Assembly: GCF_963921235.1 (NCBI RefSeq)
Contig: NC_086108.1
Span: forward strand, 23,932,001-23,996,000
DNA: 64,000 nucleotides
Direction of reading: 5' to 3'
From: Mobula hypostoma
Taxonomy: Eukaryota
Shown: one piece after another, positions 1 through 10,778 of the stretch
Layout: each line of letters opens with the position of its first letter
Numbering within the stretch: position 1 is the first letter of the stretch
Notes under the pieces: generated by a model
Database searches by the model: none
What the model was told of the DNA's origin: nothing
Seen by the model: the letters and a program-made list of their open reading frames with translations, nothing else
Translations under genes and position numbers: made by a program

Positions 1-2160
1 TGGCCACTCGGTAGTACAGTCCACCATGGTGAGAAGGTGCGTGAAACCATGGGAGGGGCAAAGAGGACCAACAAGGTCTGCATTGACATGGTCAAACTGT
101 CACTCAGAAAGTGCCAATGGCACCTGAACATGACAGTTCATTTTTCCCTGCTGGCACTCCACACTAGCTGCAGTCCAATCATGCATATCCTTTCTGAGGC
201 TGTGCCAAACAGACTTTAGTACAACCAGTTTCTATGAGTCCTTCCAGCCTGGATGTGAGAGGCCGTGTATGGAGTCAAAAACAGTCCCTCTCTGGTTTGC
301 GGTCATGATGGGGTGAGGGTGATCATTTGAGACATTGCACAGAAGAGCAACCCCAGCTTCCCTGATCTTAATGTCAGCCAACCTCAGGTCTGTGATGCTG
401 TTTGGTAAGCCTGGACTTCTGGGTCAGTAACTTGGTCAGCTGTTATGCTGGCGTGGTTAACCTCTATGTGTAAGTCTCAACGACTGGCCTTGAGAGGCAA
501 TTGGATTATTTTTCCCTTTGATATGTTGTATATTTGTTGTGAGCTTGGATATGTAGGCCAGGTGACGTTGCTGTTGTGTAGACCAAGGGTCTGACATCTC
601 AGCCATCATGTGCACAAGGGGTTTGTGGCCAGTGAATGCTGTGAAATGGTGACTCTGTAGAAGAAAATGAAATGGTGGACAGCCAGATAGAGACCGAGAA
701 ACTCATGATCAAACGTCCTTTCAGGGGAATGGAGCTGCTGACTGAAGAAGGTTAGCTGCTGCCACAGCTCTGACCAGCTGTTTGTGCACAGCACCCACAG
801 CATAGTCTGAAGCATCAGTAATAATGGCTATAGGTGCACTGGGGAGTAGGTGCTCATTTAGTATCATCAAATGTCCTCGTCCTATCTGCTGACCAGTCAA
901 GCACATGATTGGGGTATTGCCTTCAAGTGCACTGCACAGGGGAAGCATAAACTCAGCAGCTCACAGAATAGAACGTTACCATACTTAAAATCTCCTATAG
1001 ATTTTTTTTGTATCGTGGGGCAGTGGGAAATCTATTATAATAGCTACTTTTGATGGGAGGGGTTTTGCACCTGCAGAGATGCGATGGCCTAGAAAGTCAG
1101 TGATTGACAACCCAAACTGGCTTTTAGCAGGGTTAATAATCAATTCGTGTTGGCTTAAGTGCTCGAAAAGTGTGTGGAAATGAGATACGTGTTCAGATTT
1201 AGACACAATTGCGACAAGAATGTCATCCAGGTAAACAAAAAAAAGTCTAAGTTTTTTAATACAGAGTCCATCAGCTGTTAAAAGCCTGTGCTGCATTTTT
1301 CAGTCCAAACGGCATGAGCGGAAACTCAGAAAGGACAAATGGGGTTATCACAGCTACTGTTGGAAAGTCCTCTGAGCACACAGGTACTTGATGGTAGCCC
1401 TAAGTAGGTCGACTTCAGAAAAAATTATCACTGTGGCTAAATGTGCTGAAAAATCTTAGATGTGTGGAACCGGGCAATGATCAGTGGTGGTGGCTTCGTT
1501 AAGGCATCTGTAATCACCACAGCCAGGGACCAAGGACCCATATGGAGGGGTAAAGCCCAGGGGCTATTCAACAGGTGTACAAGGCTGAGTTGTTCCATAT
1601 TGGCAAACTCAGCTTTCACAGTTGCCAGCTTTTCTGGGTCTAGTCCAAGCACACGGGCATGGACTGGTGGGCCATTTGTGGGAATGTGGTGTTCGATCCC
1701 ATGCCTTCTAGCTGTAGTGGAGAATGTGAATTTGGTGAGGTCTGAGAATTCACCCAGTAGTCAAGTAAACTCACATGCAGTGGTGTGTGTGCTTGGCAGA
1801 GCCATTGTGGGAAACTGACTGGGGAGACCGGGTCACACCCAAAGTCCTTGACATCCACAAGCCGGCAGTTCAAAAGATCCTACAGTCCTTGGGTACACAG
1901 GAATTCTGCACTGAGCAGAGGTCAAGCCACTTTAGCCAGAATGATGTGTAACGTTGCCGACTGAAGCAGAGCATCACCCATCGTGTTCCATAGGTCTGGA
2001 TCTTGCTGCTGTTGGAAGCCTCTAGCAAGCTTTTGTTGCTCTTTGCCTTCTCATCAACAGGTGATGCTGGTAGCATATTCACCTGAGCACCCATATCACA
2101 TAAGAGGCATCGTCCTGAAAGGGAGTCTGTAATTAACAGTAAGTGGTCCTGGCAGCTGGA
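1..2160 (-). pseudogene. pol: Gypsy pol remnant (PR-RT-RH-INT)
   Basis: ORF-track fragments 1870-2319, 1437-1652, 985-1296 (YLDD), 721-948 (TDAS), 606-815. Confidence 0.85.
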
Positions 2161-2258
2161 ACCCATGGTGTCCACCGGCCTCTGATGTCCCGATGTGCTG
2201 CCACTGTTGAAGGTGCGAGGTGATTGGCACTTCCTACCAAAGTGAGTGTGGTAAAAAC

Positions 2259-2835
2259 TCAGGGCAGGTGCTTCACAGCTGCAGGTGTCCTTATGTTGAG
2301 GGCCTTGCTGACTAGGCATATTGAGGTAGAGAAAGGAGGCAGAATGATGTACTGCTGTCTAGCTGAGTGTAGGCTACCAGCCATTTTAGCAAGCTCCCTA
2401 TGGTCCGTCATGGGTGCATTAGTGAAGGCTATGCAAACTTGATCAGGCATTTGCTGCATGAAGAGTTCATTAAAAATAAAACAAGGATGGTGATTTCCCA
2501 GGAGAGACAGCATGTGGTCCATTAGCTCTGAAGGCCAAGCATCCCCTAGGCCAGGAAAGGAGATAACTGTTTGGCATGCTCATACTCCGATAGCCCATAA
2601 GTTTGTAAAAAGTGAGTTTTCAGTTATCAGTATTTATCGTTTACAGGCGGGTGTTCAAGCGGACTCAACACTCTCGCTGCCATGGAACTGCTGAGCAACG
2701 CTACCACTTAGTATAATTTGGTGTCCTCAGCGGTGATTTCTTGCAGATTGAACTGGGCCTCAGTTTATATAAACCAAGTGACGACCTTTTGCTCCCAAGC
2801 TCTGGCAGCTTCAAAGCAACTGTGTTGGCTGACAT
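2259..2835 (-). pseudogene. gag: Gypsy gag remnant
   Basis: KLP..W..WF..EAQF...IT..DTK N-terminal motif; ORF 2259-2522 MDHMLSLLGNHHPCFIFNELFMQQMPDQV. Confidence 0.8.
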
Positions 2836-2878
2836 GTTCAATAACCCTGGAATTGTCGTAGAGCATAGGCATCACCAA

Positions 2879-3092
2879 CGTAGGTGTTAGCAAATAAAAC
2901 AAAGTGAGGTATTTTATGGATAATGAAACGTGTAACACATTTTATTGCACTCCAAAATCCAAACACAAAAGCCTGCTAAAAATCCTTAAGTAACAATGTC
3001 ATCACGTCAGACCAGTCTCTTAAAGCAAAACCCCAACTCAATATTGGGTGGATGTGAATAACGCACATTTCTCCCAGTTTCATTACTCTACG
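2879..3092 (-). repeat. Putative 5' LTR (about 214 bp) of the Gypsy element
   Basis: Bounded by inverted termini cgtag...ctacg (degenerate TG...CA). Contains AATAAA on the minus strand (~2942-2947). Followed on the minus strand by a PBS-like TGGTGATGCC (2877-2868), then the gag ATG at 2835. Confidence 0.7.
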
Positions 3093-3399
3093 ATGCCAAT
3101 TTATGTTTATGCTGTTTAACTGAAGAGGTATTGCTGAAGACAGCTAATTTTCACCTTAGATTCATACCCCAAAATATACACCTATGACAACAACAAACTT
3201 GACTTGGGAAGAATAGTAACTAATAATTCCTTAAGATGCAAGAGATGCTGAAATCTGAGGAACTCAGCATCATCTGTTGAAGGAATGGACTTGTGGAACT
3301 TCAGATCGAAACTACATCTGGATGTAACAATTCCTATTAGAATGTAAACTGTGATTAAAATGTACTTTCTGAAAGATCAGAAATTTTCTTTTTTTTTGT

Positions 3400-3525
3400 A
3401 GAAACACACGCAAAATGTTAGAGGAATTCAGCAGGCCAGGCAGCATCTTTTGAAAAGAGTAGATAGTCAACATTTCGGGCCGAGACCCTTCTTCAGAACT
3501 GGGAAGGAAGGGGAAAATCCTGAAT
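3400..3525 (-). mobile_element. Short Penelope-derived 3' tail element
   Basis: acacacgcaaaatgttagaggaattcagcaggccaggcagcatc matches, reverse-complemented, the 3' end of the Penelope element at 37095-37185. Confidence 0.8.
3465..3500 (-). ncRNA. Minimal type-I hammerhead ribozyme motif
   Basis: Minus strand reads AGTT-CTGAAGA-a-GGGT-ctcg-GCCC-GAAA-tgtt-GACT: CUGANGA box, stem II, GAAA box, UH triplet (GUU), stem I agtt/gact. Confidence 0.7.
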
Positions 3526-3679
3526 CTTTTTTTTTGTTTTTGACAAAGATGCACAGGAAAATCTCACCATTAAAATCAGAACGTCTGTTGCACATACATT
3601 GACATTTTCAGTGGTAATGATGCAGCCACATAGCTTGCATGGTATGAGGAGGTTGCTCTGGCAAGGAATGATTGTGGAT

Positions 3680-4050
3680 GACAGAACTGTATGCACTGGA
3701 ATTCAGAAGCAGTTTGAAAGTGTGGAAACAGGATATTTCTCCTGTACTGGGATCTAGAACTAAGAGATACAGGTTCAGAATAAGGGATCAATCACTTAAA
3801 GACAGAAATGAGAAATTTCCTCTCATAGAATGGATCATGAATGTTGGAAGATATCCGCTCCAGAGAGCTATGAATGTCTACTCTTTGTGTATTTTCAGGA
3901 GTGGCTTAATTCTTGGAGGACAGTAGATTGAAGGGTTTTGGCAATTGTGCAAAAAATATTAGAGCAAGGTCTGGTCAGTCACTAACTAACTGAATAGCAG
4001 AGCAGGTTGCCAATGACTTGGTGTCTACTCCTGGTCTAGCTTTTTAGATT
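3680..4050 (+). mobile_element. Old CR1 LINE 3' fragment
   Basis: Degenerate LYALEFR..., tctagaactaagagatacagg and CR1-type 3' UTR. Confidence 0.6.
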
Positions 4051-4224
4051 TTTATGACTCATTGTCAGTCATGTCCAACTATCTCCAGGGTTGACAGTGA
4101 AATCAACGCCTTTATCAAAAATGCACACACAACCCTCAAGACCCCAACTTCCCCAGGCCCATTAATGGCTGAACAAGTGGAGGAAACTCCATGGTGTTTA
4201 AGAGTTATGCATGTGCAATGGGCA

Positions 4225-4947
4225 GTTATGAGAATGGAAAAGAAATGGCAGATGGAGTACGGTGTCGGGAAGTGTATGGTCATGCACTTGGGTAGAAGGA
4301 ACAAAAGCATAGACTATTTTCTAAATGGGTAGAAAATTAAAAAATCTGAGGTGCAAAGGGTCTTGTGCATGATTCCCTCAAGGTTGAGTGACATGTTGAG
4401 TCAGTGGTGAGGATGGCAAATGCAATGTTCGCATTCATTTTGAGAAGACTCAAATATAAAATCAAGGATGTAATGCTGAGGCCTCACTTGGAGCATTGTG
4501 AGTAGCTTTGAGTCCCTTATCTGAGAAAGGATGTGCTGACATTGGAGAGAATTCAGAGGAAGTTCACAAGAAAAATTTGGGAATGGAGGAGTTATTGTAT
4601 GAGGAGTGTTTGATGGTCCTGGGTCTATACTCCTTGGAATTTAGAAGAATGTGTGTGTAGGGGGGGTGGGGTGTGGATATCATTGAAACCTATCAAATGT
4701 TGTAAGGCCGAGACAGAGTGGATGTGGAGAGGATGTTTCCTATATTGGGGGGAGTCCAGGACCAGAGAGGGATGTCCATTTAGAACAGAGATGAGGAGGA
4801 ATTTCTTTAGTCAGAGGGTGGTGTATCTGTGGAATTTATTGCCATAGGTGGCTGTGAAAGTCAGGTCATTGGGTGTACTTAAGGCAGAGATTGATGGGTT
4901 CTTGATTACTCAGGCCTAATTATTCTCCTATCTCTTATGGGCTTATG
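4225..4947 (+). mobile_element. CR1 LINE 3' fragment
   Basis: KKWQMEYGVGKCMVMHLGRRNKSIDYFLNG...FRTEMRRNFFSQRVVYLWNLLP; ends in cttatgggcttatg tail. Confidence 0.9.
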
Positions 4948-5389
4948 ACCTGTTTCATTGCAAAAGTCTTGTGACAAATATGCATTAGTATGTCACATGC
5001 AGCATATTTAACATAACCTTCACAACAATTTCTAGAGTAGGATATTTTGACAATTTCAGACATTCTATTATGTTATTGCTTCATTGACAAGAGTTAGCAA
5101 ATGTATGCTTAACTTCAGGTCAAGATAGTACCAAGCTGTGGTCTCCATCCAGGTCATTACTCACACCTAGCTGTTCTATAGGTTCATAGGGATCGTTTTG
5201 GGGAAAGAGAAGGGAGTTGGGGGTCAGATTAGGGTTTAGGATGTTGGGGATGTGGGGAAGTTAGAGTCAGTCTAGAGTCTAGGATTCCGCTCTGTGTTCA
5301 AAGGCTAGAAATGTGGACATCTAACAAAGAACGTCTGTGGTTGGATGTCGGACTGGCAGATCAGCAATGACAGGGCTGATGGCCTCCAC

Positions 5390-5892
5390 TAGGTCAACGA
5401 GTCATTATCGTGTTCTGGTATCGGAGTTCTGTGCGGGCAGGAAGCATGCGGGTTAAAATTGTTGAGTCTGGAGTTTGAGGCCTATAATTTGGAGTCCTCA
5501 TCCAGGGCCCTAACTGGCGAATCCTGGGATCGATAATGAATGTTGGGAAGTTGAGGCTTGATGGATGAGGCCTGTGTCTGTGAGTCTCTGTGAGACTGTT
5601 GGGGAAGTCAAATGCCCAGTGTCTTGAGTCTGAGTCCATTGGAAGCTGGAGGCCTGTCCTGTGGTTACAGGACCATCTGTGTGCGTATGTGGATGGGCAG
5701 GAGAGGTAAGGGGCTTGTTCTGCTCTTGTTATTGCTTGTGTATCCTGCAGACATGGTGGATATGCTATACTGGCACTGGAATTTGTGGTGACACTTGTGG
5801 GCTGCCCCCAGCACAATCTTAGGATGTGTTGGTTGTTTCACTGTATATTTTGATGTTCATGTGATAAATTAATGAATATGAATCTGATCTGA
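5390..5892 (+). mobile_element. Unclassified SINE/LINE-tail repeat
   Basis: Ends in a LINE-like 3' tail (tttcactgtatattttgatgttcatgtgataaat...gaatctgatctgaa); no coding motif recognised. Confidence 0.45.
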
Positions 5893-6387
5893 ACTTGAAT
5901 TTGGATAAGATCTCTTATGAAATGCTTTTTGTAAAGTACCAATCTTTACGGGAACAAAAATTAGAGAAAAACTGCTTGGAAGAATACTCCTTTGATAATT
6001 TCATCCTTGAGTATTGGGATAACAGTGCTGAGTGGAACGTCTTGCTTGGTAAAACATTGAGTTGGTATCATGTGAAATGAATCAAGTTGATTATTTTTAC
6101 TCTTCTTAAGATAAGGGGAGAAGCTCAAGTAAGAGTAGCTCAGCAATCATTTTTATTCCCAAGAAGCTGGCAAACAGAATAGTGTGAAGTCAGCAAAGAA
6201 GATGGGAAAAGGGTCAAGAAAAGAAGCAGTAATAGAAAAGAAAAGCAGTTTACACCAATGTAAAATGAGGAGGGGCAAAATAGAGGGTGGGAGGGGGAAA
6301 GGAAAGACACAGAAGAAAACCTTTCTGCAAGCAACTATTTTATATTCTCTTTTTTTGACTTGGTTTACTTGTGCATGTATGCAGGTA

Positions 6388-7173
6388 CAGTGGATTCTGA
6401 TTAACTGGGCCATCAGTTAATTAAGGTAGCAACATTCCTGGGACAACACTTGAAGAAAGAAAAAACAAGTTGTATGGATTCCCTTCATTTATTTGGGACA
6501 CCATGTGGCTTAATTGCGACAGGACAGTGTCGCTGATGAGATTCCACTTAGCGTCAGATTTGTGTGACCGTTAGACGTTATACGATACCTGGAATGAACA
6601 GTTTTTAAATAGCATCTGTTGTGTGTGTTGTTTGTGTTCAAAAATCAGTCATTTTTGTCATTGATAGTAGATGAGAAATAAGCAGTAAGATAACTCAGAA
6701 CCGTTTTGTTCACTGTGGTTTCAAGCATTCAGGCTTAGAAATGGCAGAAACGGCTGAGAGTGAAAATGAAATTATTTCACTGCTTCAACAACTTAGAAAC
6801 TACAAAGAATTTGAAGATATTGAGAATGTTACAATGACAATGAAGATTTGAAGAATGCAATCATCGATAGCATTGTATGAAAGCAGGCACTAGGTGTCCA
6901 AGCTGATTTTGTTCAATGCGTCAATGTGTACATTGGATGAATTCTTCTATCAGTAACTACTTGGAACCAAAATACAATTTTATAAAACTGTAGTACTATT
7001 GGTAGTGTTATAATTATATTGTATTTTGTTTAAATATATAATTTGTTACTTGGTTTGCCTTTTTTATACCTTTTTTAACTATTTCCATGACACTGGCTAA
7101 TTGGGGCAACTACTAAATTGGGCCAAAATGTGCTGGTCCTGATATGTCCCAATTAACCCTAATGCATCCATTC
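6388..7173. mobile_element. Non-autonomous pogo/Tigger-like DNA transposon (MITE)
   Basis: TA-cagtggattctgattaactgggcc left end; degenerate inverted right end tgtcccaattaaccctaatgcatccattc-TA; repeated subterminal aattggg/cccaatt motifs. Confidence 0.65.
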
Positions 7174-7196
7174 TAAACACATGCATTTCAAGGGGT

Positions 7197-7305
7197 GCGT
7201 GTGTGCCTGTGTGTGTCTGTGTGTGTGTCTGTGTGCGCGTGTGTGTGTGTGTGTGTGTGTGTGCCTGTGTGTGTGCCTGTGTGTGTGTGTGTGTGTGTGT
7301 GTGTA
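7197..7305. repeat. (TG)n microsatellite
   Basis: Imperfect TG dinucleotide tract; explains the CV/HT ORFs here. Confidence 0.97.
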
Positions 7306-8206
7306 AGTGCATGCATGAGAGAGAGAATCAGGTAGTGTGTGTATACATTGTTGTTACAGAATTAGTAAATGAGAAAGTTTTCAAGATTTACAGTCACTAA
7401 AATTGCAACTGCTTGCTCCTCAACTGAGTGAAAACTCCTAATGTTTTATAGAAAAAGAATACTAAACAGAGAGGCATCTGAAACATTAACATTTTAAGCA
7501 TCCCCAGAAATACGGTTCTCCTTTGCAACATCTCTCCAGCCCTTGCATGCCATAGTACCTGTGTGATTTTCTTTCTCTATCATCTATAATTGGGTTGAGA
7601 CTTCAGAGTCCACTTGTCCGGTATTTTGCATATATCACCTGCAGCAAGCTGTTGGCAAGGCAATAAATTCATTATGAGAGAGTCTGAGGGGAGCCTTGGC
7701 ACTGTGAAATACTGCACAGTGACCTTATCTTCCACACTGTTCATCCCAATCACTGCTCTGTCACCCACCACTGGTTACATCTCCAACAACCACGACAGAA
7801 TAGAATAACACTACCCATAAAAATCAAAATGCTCTGTGAACTCTCCATCCTTGCCATTTGTCAAAATAGCATTCTTCAGACATAATTGGGTAGAAACAGC
7901 CCAGAATTTCAAAATCTATTGACTCATTTTTCATCAATGCTTGGTTAAGCACATTAAAAAATCCAATCCTTTTTGTGACATGTACATCCGGAATCTGGTA
8001 GGCTTTTAAAGGGATATCATGTTTGAGTAAGCAACTGCATAAAGTGACACAGAAAAACACACGCATTGTAAAGTTCTAAAGTACTGCAAGAAAAATTGCA
8101 AGGCAATATCAGAAACAAAATATTCTGAGAGGAAAAGTAAAATGTTTTACAAAGTGAGGATTCTCAAAGGATAAACAAACTGCTGGAAATACTCAGTTGA
8201 TCAGGC

Positions 8207-8329
8207 AAGAGAGAGAGAGCGAGAGAGAGTGAGAGAAAGAGAGAGAGAGGGAGAGGGAGTAGGAGAGGGAGAGGGAGAGGGAGAGAAAGAGAGAGAGAGG
8301 TAGAGAGAGAGTGAGAGGGAGAGAGAGAC
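8207..8329. repeat. (GA)n polypurine microsatellite
   Basis: Imperfect GA tract flanked by Penelope-tail remnants (8175-8207 minus, 8365-8420 plus). Confidence 0.95.
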
Positions 8330-9831
8330 AGTCAGACAAAATACCTTCCAATGGGTTGTTCATTCTGTTACTCTTTCTGCAAATGCTGCCTTATCTGCTG
8401 AGCATCCCAGCACATTCCTGATTTTGGAATCTGTAACAGCGTAAGATTCTTATGGAGTTGTATTGTAGGCCTGACAAGCCTAGGGATTCTGAATGGAGCA
8501 GGTTCATGTTGGGATGTGACTCCATTGTACATTTACAACCCCACTGTCCTTCACCTGATCAACCATAAATAAACCAAGACTCTCTTGTCAGTGGAAGCCA
8601 GAGAGCTTTAATGCACTCAGTATAAGCATAGGAATAAGCTATATGGTACATAGTCTTAAACATTTCCATTGTATCAACTCCCACCATTTCCCAGGGCAGT
8701 ACATTCTGGGCACCTATCTCTCCCTCTGTAGAAAGTTCCCCCTCAAATTCTTTGACATTTCCATCCTTGAAAAGGAAGCTCAGACTATCTATCCTATCTA
8801 TACCTCATAAGTTTATAAAGTTCGATAAGCTGGCCCCTCAGACTCTCCAGAGAAAAGAATCCAAGTTTGATCAACCTCTCCTTTTTGCTAATACTCTCTA
8901 ATCCAGGTAACATCTTGTTGAATTTCTTCTGAACACTCCCCAAAGCATTCACATCCAACTATTCCAAATGCCGGCTAACCAATAGAATATGTGAGAGCGA
9001 TTCTGGATGGAGCTGTGGGATGTGTTACATGTGAGAAGTTGGGGAGGGGGAATTAAGGGATATACTTTCTGTTCTGGGCTCCTTGTTAGAGTACTGTCCC
9101 CATATTAGGGCCAATTGTTTTCCGGGAACTGCAGTAGTTTCTGCAACATTACTCCCATTGCTTTACAATAATGCAATGGTCAAGTGGGTGTCTATAGTGG
9201 GATAAAGCATATGACAAGTACCATCAGTCTACCTGTGAAGCATGACACATCACTCAGTACCATTTTGAACGGGTCAGTCAGCTGCTTGGACTGCTTAAGG
9301 GGACGTGAACCACAATGTGTCACTCAGAGACACATCATTCAACAACACAGACACTCTTCAGTCAGTGCATCATCTGCAGCTACAGACAAGCGTTAATTAC
9401 ATCCTGCTTTGAAACATAAAATTGCGTGGCTACATCATGTTTATGCACCTCAAGGCAAGTTATATGCCAATTTAGTAAAACACTTAGACACCTGCGTGTA
9501 GCTTAAATAATTGAATTTTATTATTACATGGACAATTTTTTCTGCAAGTTTTTAGAATCACGTGCTGACATGCACAGCAACACACACAAAGTGCAGGAGG
9601 AACCCAACAGGTCAGGCAACATCAATGGAGGGATAATGAGCTGACATTTTGGGCCAATGTGTTTATAATTATAATGATCATATTTTAATGTGTTTGTAAT
9701 AATCAATGAAGTTGAATTTATTTTTTATTGCATGCAACATAGAATTTCTATCAGTGTTACATTGATACTCAATCTCCAATTCTGACAACGTTTCTGTGAA
9801 AACTGACTGACAAGATGAAAATTGAGGCTCA

Positions 9832-10030
9832 AGAAACACACACAAAATGCTGGAGAAATGCAGCAGGTCAGGCAGCATCTATGGAAAAGAGCACAGTTGA
9901 CGTTTCAGGCTGAGACCCTTCATCAGGACTGGAGAAAAAATGCTGAGAAGGGGGAATCTGATAGAAGAAGACAGAAGGCCATGGAAGAAAGAAACGGGGA
10001 AGGAGCATCAGATGGGCAGGTAAGGAGATG
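9832..10030 (-). mobile_element. Short Penelope-derived 3' tail element
   Basis: aaacacacacaaaatgctggagaaatgcagcaggtcaggcagcatctatgg...cccttcatcaggactgg. A truncated same-strand copy lies at 9578-9657. Confidence 0.85.
9894..9931 (-). ncRNA. Minimal type-I hammerhead ribozyme motif (best-preserved copy)
   Basis: Minus strand reads CAGTc-CTGATGA-a-GGGT-ctca-GCCT-GAAA-C-GTC-aACTG: canonical CUGAUGA and GAAAC boxes, GUC cleavage triplet, stem I cagt/actg. Confidence 0.8.
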
Positions 10031-10204
10031 TTGTTCCATCTTGTTCCATTGGAATAACTAAAAAACCTCTTGACCTTGCATTTCTATGCTATAAATTGTA
10101 ACTTTCTGTGTCTTCAGAAATTTAGATTAAAATAATTAATTTTACTTTAGCTAACCTATGATATGGACAAAGCTTGCAATATTACCTATTACCTTGTGTT
10201 TCTA

Positions 10205-10380
10205 CCTATCCCTCCACCTCCCAACTCTGCCTCCTCATCTTTTTTCCTCCAGTCCTAATGAAGGGTTTCGGCCCAAAACGTCCACTATTCTCTTTTCCAT
10301 AGTTACTGCCTGGCCTGCTGAGTTTCTCCAGCATTTTGTGTGTGTTGCTTGAATTTCCAGCAACTGCAGATTTTCTCCTG
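10205..10380 (+). mobile_element. Short Penelope-derived 3' tail element with mutated hammerhead core
   Basis: cagtcctaatgaagggtttcggcccaaaacgtccact...gcctggcctgctgagtttctccagcattttgtgtgtgttg. Confidence 0.85.
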
Positions 10381-10778
10381 TTTGGGGGAAAATCTGAATA
10401 CATTCATCCTATATAAAAAAGAGCTTTAACCAGGGCCAATCTGGACATTGGAAGTTTTGAGTGGAGGGGATATCGATCAGGTCCACTGCCTGAGAATAAA
10501 AGGCAGCAGTGGGTCAGTACAATGAAAAAGCTCTGACCAGCGACCAATCGGCGTTTGGGATTGATTAGCAAGAGAAAATTAAAGGAAGGCAGAAGCAAGC
10601 ACTGCGGCCATTGTCTAAGTGGACAGAGTCAGAGTAGTGATCTTGAGGCTTTAACTCTTTGAAGCTTCAACGAACGGATGCTTCAGTCAGGAAAAACAAC
10701 GGAAATAAAAGCTCAAGTTTTTTCCCTCTCTTCTTTATATCTGCTCAGCAAGGACAGTAGGGATGACAGGCAAGATAG

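Larger units (their letters stand above)
1..3092 (-). mobile_element. Degenerate Ty3/Gypsy LTR retrotransposon (5' LTR-PBS-gag-PR-RT-RH-INT), running off the left edge of the window
   Basis: Minus-strand fragments in canonical Gypsy order: Gag (MSANTVALKLP..WF..EAQFNLQEITAEDTK), protease (LLITDSLSGRCLLCDMGAQVNMLP, a DTGA-like motif), RT (SPWALPLHM; FVYLDDILVA), RNase H (IITDASDYAVGAV; TFDHEFLGLYLAVHHF), integrase (near 1-100). Many stops and frameshifts. Confidence 0.92.

Noticed and set aside
7097..7400. His/Thr- and Cys/Val-repeat ORFs
   Set aside because: Translations of a (TG)n microsatellite.
7824..8066. Minus-strand 80-aa ORF preceded by an acceptor-like tttatgcag
   Set aside because: No recognisable protein similarity and no convincing donor or partner exon.
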